Below, one piece after another: positions 60,421 through 64,000 of a DNA stretch of 64,000 bases; position 1 is the first letter of the stretch, and each line of letters starts with the position of its first letter. Under the pieces are notes generated by a model. The model made no database searches and had not been told where the DNA came from. It saw only the letters and a program-made list of their open reading frames with translations. The DNA is taken from contig NC_058133.1 in assembly GCF_016433145.1 (NCBI RefSeq), forward strand, positions 438,448,287 through 438,512,286, written 5' to 3'. This DNA is from Gracilinanus agilis (lineage: Eukaryota). Both the position numbers and the translations under genes were made by a program.

Positions 60421-61989
60421 AAAAAAAAGTAAGGAAACTGCCACTCAGCTCTCCCTACCGCTATAAGACTTTCCCCATCACCACACAACTGATACAAAGT
60501 AAAATAAACTGGATCAGAACAACTTATATTAAAACCCCATAGTATAAAATTCTGAATTCTGATCAATTAAAAAATCAACTCTGATTACAGAGGACTGATA
60601 AAGACAAATTTTTCTCTCACAAGAAAAGAGATGGACTAATAAAAGAAATTAAAAATGAAATTTTTGATATGACCTACATAGGAATTCATTTTGTTGGTCT
60701 ATTCTTTATATGATATACGAGCATCATATAAACAGAATTCATTCTTTCCTTTTTTCTTTCTTTCTCTCACCAGAAGCATGGAGGGAAACCAGGGCTCACC
60801 TTCCTCTACATCACCTATCTTTTCCTGCCATGAAGACATCTTCTTCTGATCTGCAGGACTATAATTATTCCTGATAATGTCTGTGGCCCTTTGGTATCGT
60901 TCTTGGAGGATAAACAGCAGCTTTCAACTCTCTCCTCCTCAGAAAGAGCCTTGAATCTCTTTTTGAGTTCTAAGAGCAACGCTGCACTTTTCCTTTCTTT
61001 CTTCCTCTGTCTCTCCTGAAATTACTTGGTGGTTTTTCTCTATGCGTGTGTGTTTGTGAGCGTTCATTGTTTATTTATGTATGTTGTATGTGTATGTATA
61101 TTATATATATCATATGTAGTTATATTTTTATCTCTCTATCTCTCCATACATGCATACCCCACTACAGTTAAGCTCCTTGAGGAAAGGAACCGTTTCCCTT
61201 TTTTGACTTTGTATCCATATCTAGTTCTCCATACTATTCATGAAATGTAACTTCCTTACATAGAATACACGTGTAACAAACGTTTGTCAAAGTAGAAGGT
61301 GAACTTCTGTTCTAAAAGTCTATCCCAACAGAGTACAGGTTTGACAGATCCCTTGAAACTGAGACAGCTCCAAAGGGCAGGCTGGATATGAATTGTACGT
61401 CTGCCCTCGGAGGACGAGCCTAGCTAATTTCAGAGTAGTTCATCACCAGATGCTTGGTAATGAATATTTTTGGCTACAGAAACTACAGGCTTAGAGGGAT
61501 TTCAGTCCTCTGCATTGGCAGACTGCCCACCGCCGATGATATCGCATGTCATTTAGAGCAGGAGGAGATCTTGGAAATCATCTAATTCAACTCTCACATT
61601 TTACAAACGAGGAAACTGAGACTTAAAAAGATGCCTAAAGACATATCATTATTGAGTGGATGTAATTCCAATCCAGATCTTTGGTCAATATCATAGAAGC
61701 CTTTTTGACATAAGTGACTCCATTCTAAATTTCTCAACAAATAGGTGCACTTCAAGCTCCCAAGTATGAAAACAACTAAATTGAATAGACTGGATGACCA
61801 GATACTCGTAACCAAATACTGTCACCTTGAAACATGATGCCAATATGTTAGTATATTGGTTTAAAAAACCTTGGCCATCCATTGCATCAGCAAAAAACAA
61901 CTGACTGATTTATTGAATTAAAAGCAGGTCACAAAACTCCAGTTGTCACTCTTGATAGTATCAGAATGAACATAGGTTCATCATAGGTT

Positions 61990-62212
61990 CTGCAATGCAG
62001 AATGAACAACTTGGAGCAGGAAGACCTGAATTCAAACCCAGATACTTATTAGCTGTTCGATCCTGGTCAAGCCACTTGACCCTGTTTGCCTCTGTTTCCT
62101 CATCTGTACAAATGATCTGGAGAGGGGAATGGCAAGCCACTCCAGTATCTTTGCCAAGAAAACCCTACCCAAAGGGTATCAGCGAGTAGGATGTGACCAA
62201 AACAACTGAACA
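61990..62212 (+). mobile_element. MAR1-type CORE-SINE
   Basis: ggaagacctgaattcaaaccc...gagaggggaatggcaagccactccagtatctttgccaagaaaaccc...aacaactgaaca. Confidence 0.75.
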
Positions 62213-64000
62213 GTAAAGCATCTATATAATACTTTAAAGCTTTGCAAAGTTCTTTATAAGTGTTGTCACATCTGATCCTCACAACAGCCTTGAGAGGTAC
62301 GTGTTATCATTCCTACTTTGCAGATGAGGCAGGCAGAGGTTAAGCAAGGATCTGAGCCTAGATTTGAACTTGAATCTAAGCCTGAGCAAAGCAGATTCTG
62401 GAAATTCAATGCTGGTAAGGATCAAAGTTTTTAGATGAAACCACTTAGTGAACCTCCAACCTTCCTACCTCAATCTTACTAGAGACTCTTCTGGCACTCT
62501 TCTGGGTCTATCTCAGCCATCACTGCCCATAGCCATTATGACTGTCTGCCCAGTTCTAGCCTCCTGCACCTTTCATTCTAGATCTAGAACCTTGGACTAA
62601 AGATCATTGCATCTACAATCTAGGGCTGATCATTTCTGGTAGTTTGGATATAATTTTATGTGCATGCTAGAGCCAGCTTTGGCAGACTTGCCAAATTGTT
62701 GAATTTTTAGTATGAGCATCTATACCTCAGAAATGAACAATCAGATACAAATCAAAGCTTGATTTGCTGTTTTGCTGATCGTCTAGGATTAAGGAAGTAT
62801 TAACATTGCATATTAAAACCTTAAAGAATGTGTGCATACATTTCCCCAAAATGTGGTTCTACCCCTAGTTTTACCAACACACTTTGGAATAGCTCTATAA
62901 AACTTGTTTGAGCTCAGCAAGAGTGCAATAGAAGGCTCAGAGAATTATCATCATTGTACTGGAGGAGAATAATAATAATAATAACTGTCATTTACATAAT
63001 ATTTTAAGGTTTTCAAAGTGCTTTAATCCAGTACCTCATTTGAGCCTAGCAGCATCCCATTCCTCACCGTATTCCCCATTGCCCATTTCTGAGAATTGAG
63101 GTAATTTCCATTATATGGTTCGGAAATGAGAGTGGAGCTTTTCCACTCTCTACTAAGCAAATTGAATAAAATAACTGAGTTCATATATTAATTAAAGGAA
63201 ATAAAAGCAATTTGGTTGACTAAAAGTTTGAAAGTCTTGCCTTTGGAGGGTATGTTCTTCATTTTGGCCACCTGGTTTCATATAAAGTCTTTACTTGGGA
63301 GTGCTTGAGTATTCCCAAGAGTGACCCAAACTAAATGAAAATAGAATTGAAAAATATTTAAGAAAACAAATAAAAATATAATAAAATGCATCACAATGCA
63401 AAACTAAGTCAATATACAACTTTCAGGAATCCTTATGAACTGGTTAGTGGGCCTCCCCAGCACCATCCCCTCCCAAGAAATAAATGAAGGAACCCTGGGG
63501 AGTCTAACTAGAGATCAACTCCAAAAACAACACTCCTTCCATAGCGCCATGTTGTCAAGAGCCTGGCCTCTACCATATACCTTTGAATTATAGAAGCAAT
63601 TACTTTATAATGAGATACACAGCATTTTAACATAGGCCATCCATTGGAGCTTGGGAATATTTCACTGAAGCACATTTTTTGTTGTTGTAATGGGATCTGT
63701 CTTATATTAATAATACTAATAACGAGGGCTTATGTGTGTACAGGGAAAGGATGTGATGGGAGGATATTTCTCTTCTTGTTGTAAATTCATTCCATTATTT
63801 TCTTGTGAATTTAATTAGCCATCTCTGGAGGCATACCCTATTGCTAAACTATGCCAAGGAAGTCGACTGAGAAATTAAAAAAAAAACTAAACCTGGTTGA
63901 ATCATTTTTATTCTCTCAATTTCCAAACTTTTGACCCATCCCAAGCAAAGTCCATCTAACACAAGCATCTATTTACAGACGTAAACATTAATAAATGTTT

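Noticed and set aside
60800-61016. Minus-strand exon-like block (ttcag| ... gaag|gtgagc) with coiled-coil/TRIM-like translation LLLELKKRFKALSEEE...KLLFILQERYQRATDII
   Set aside because: It needs a frameshift and I found no RING, B-box or SPRY exons nearby. The ELxxRFxAL-EEE string is equally typical of the RTE-LINE ORF2 linker, so a repeat relic is the simpler explanation. BLASTx or RepeatMasker would settle it.
63530-63575. YY1-like/Kozak-like aacATGGCG on the minus strand
   Set aside because: The frame closes after 11 codons and there is no CpG island or other promoter context.
47900-64000. Search for MPZ (the next gene in human synteny)
   Set aside because: I found no MPZ-like coding exon in any frame; it presumably lies beyond the window.

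Overview
Marsupial genomic DNA, most likely opossum (Monodelphis domestica), judged from the abundant SINE1_Mdo/MAR1-type SINEs and marsupial L1 3' ends. It is syntenic to human 1q23.3. Three intact spliced genes could be built by hand with GT-AG introns and correct phases: TOMM40L (+, 9 coding exons, 95-4977, 308 aa), NR1I3/CAR (-, 8 coding exons, 12525-5789, 348 aa, tail-to-tail with TOMM40L) and PCP4L1 (+, 3 coding exons, 32688-46273, 66 aa). The rest is intronic or intergenic, with L1, L2, L3/CR1, MIR/MAR1/SINE1_Mdo, LTR and hAT/Tigger relics, microsatellites and two assembly gaps. The most notable finding is a second, degenerate copy of the PCP4L1 IQ-motif terminal exon in the 3' UTR (~46605-46900). 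It has a mutated acceptor, an in-frame His-rich insert replacing the Glu-rich tract, two stops, and a conservative/synonymous substitution pattern suggesting it once coded protein. Other highlights: a decayed multi-finger C2H2 zinc-finger gene relic (~49690-50607, -), substitutions at key CAR ligand-pocket residues, and an OC1-like hAT MITE. Family names for repeats and all human-residue comparisons come from recalled reference sequences and need confirming by alignment.
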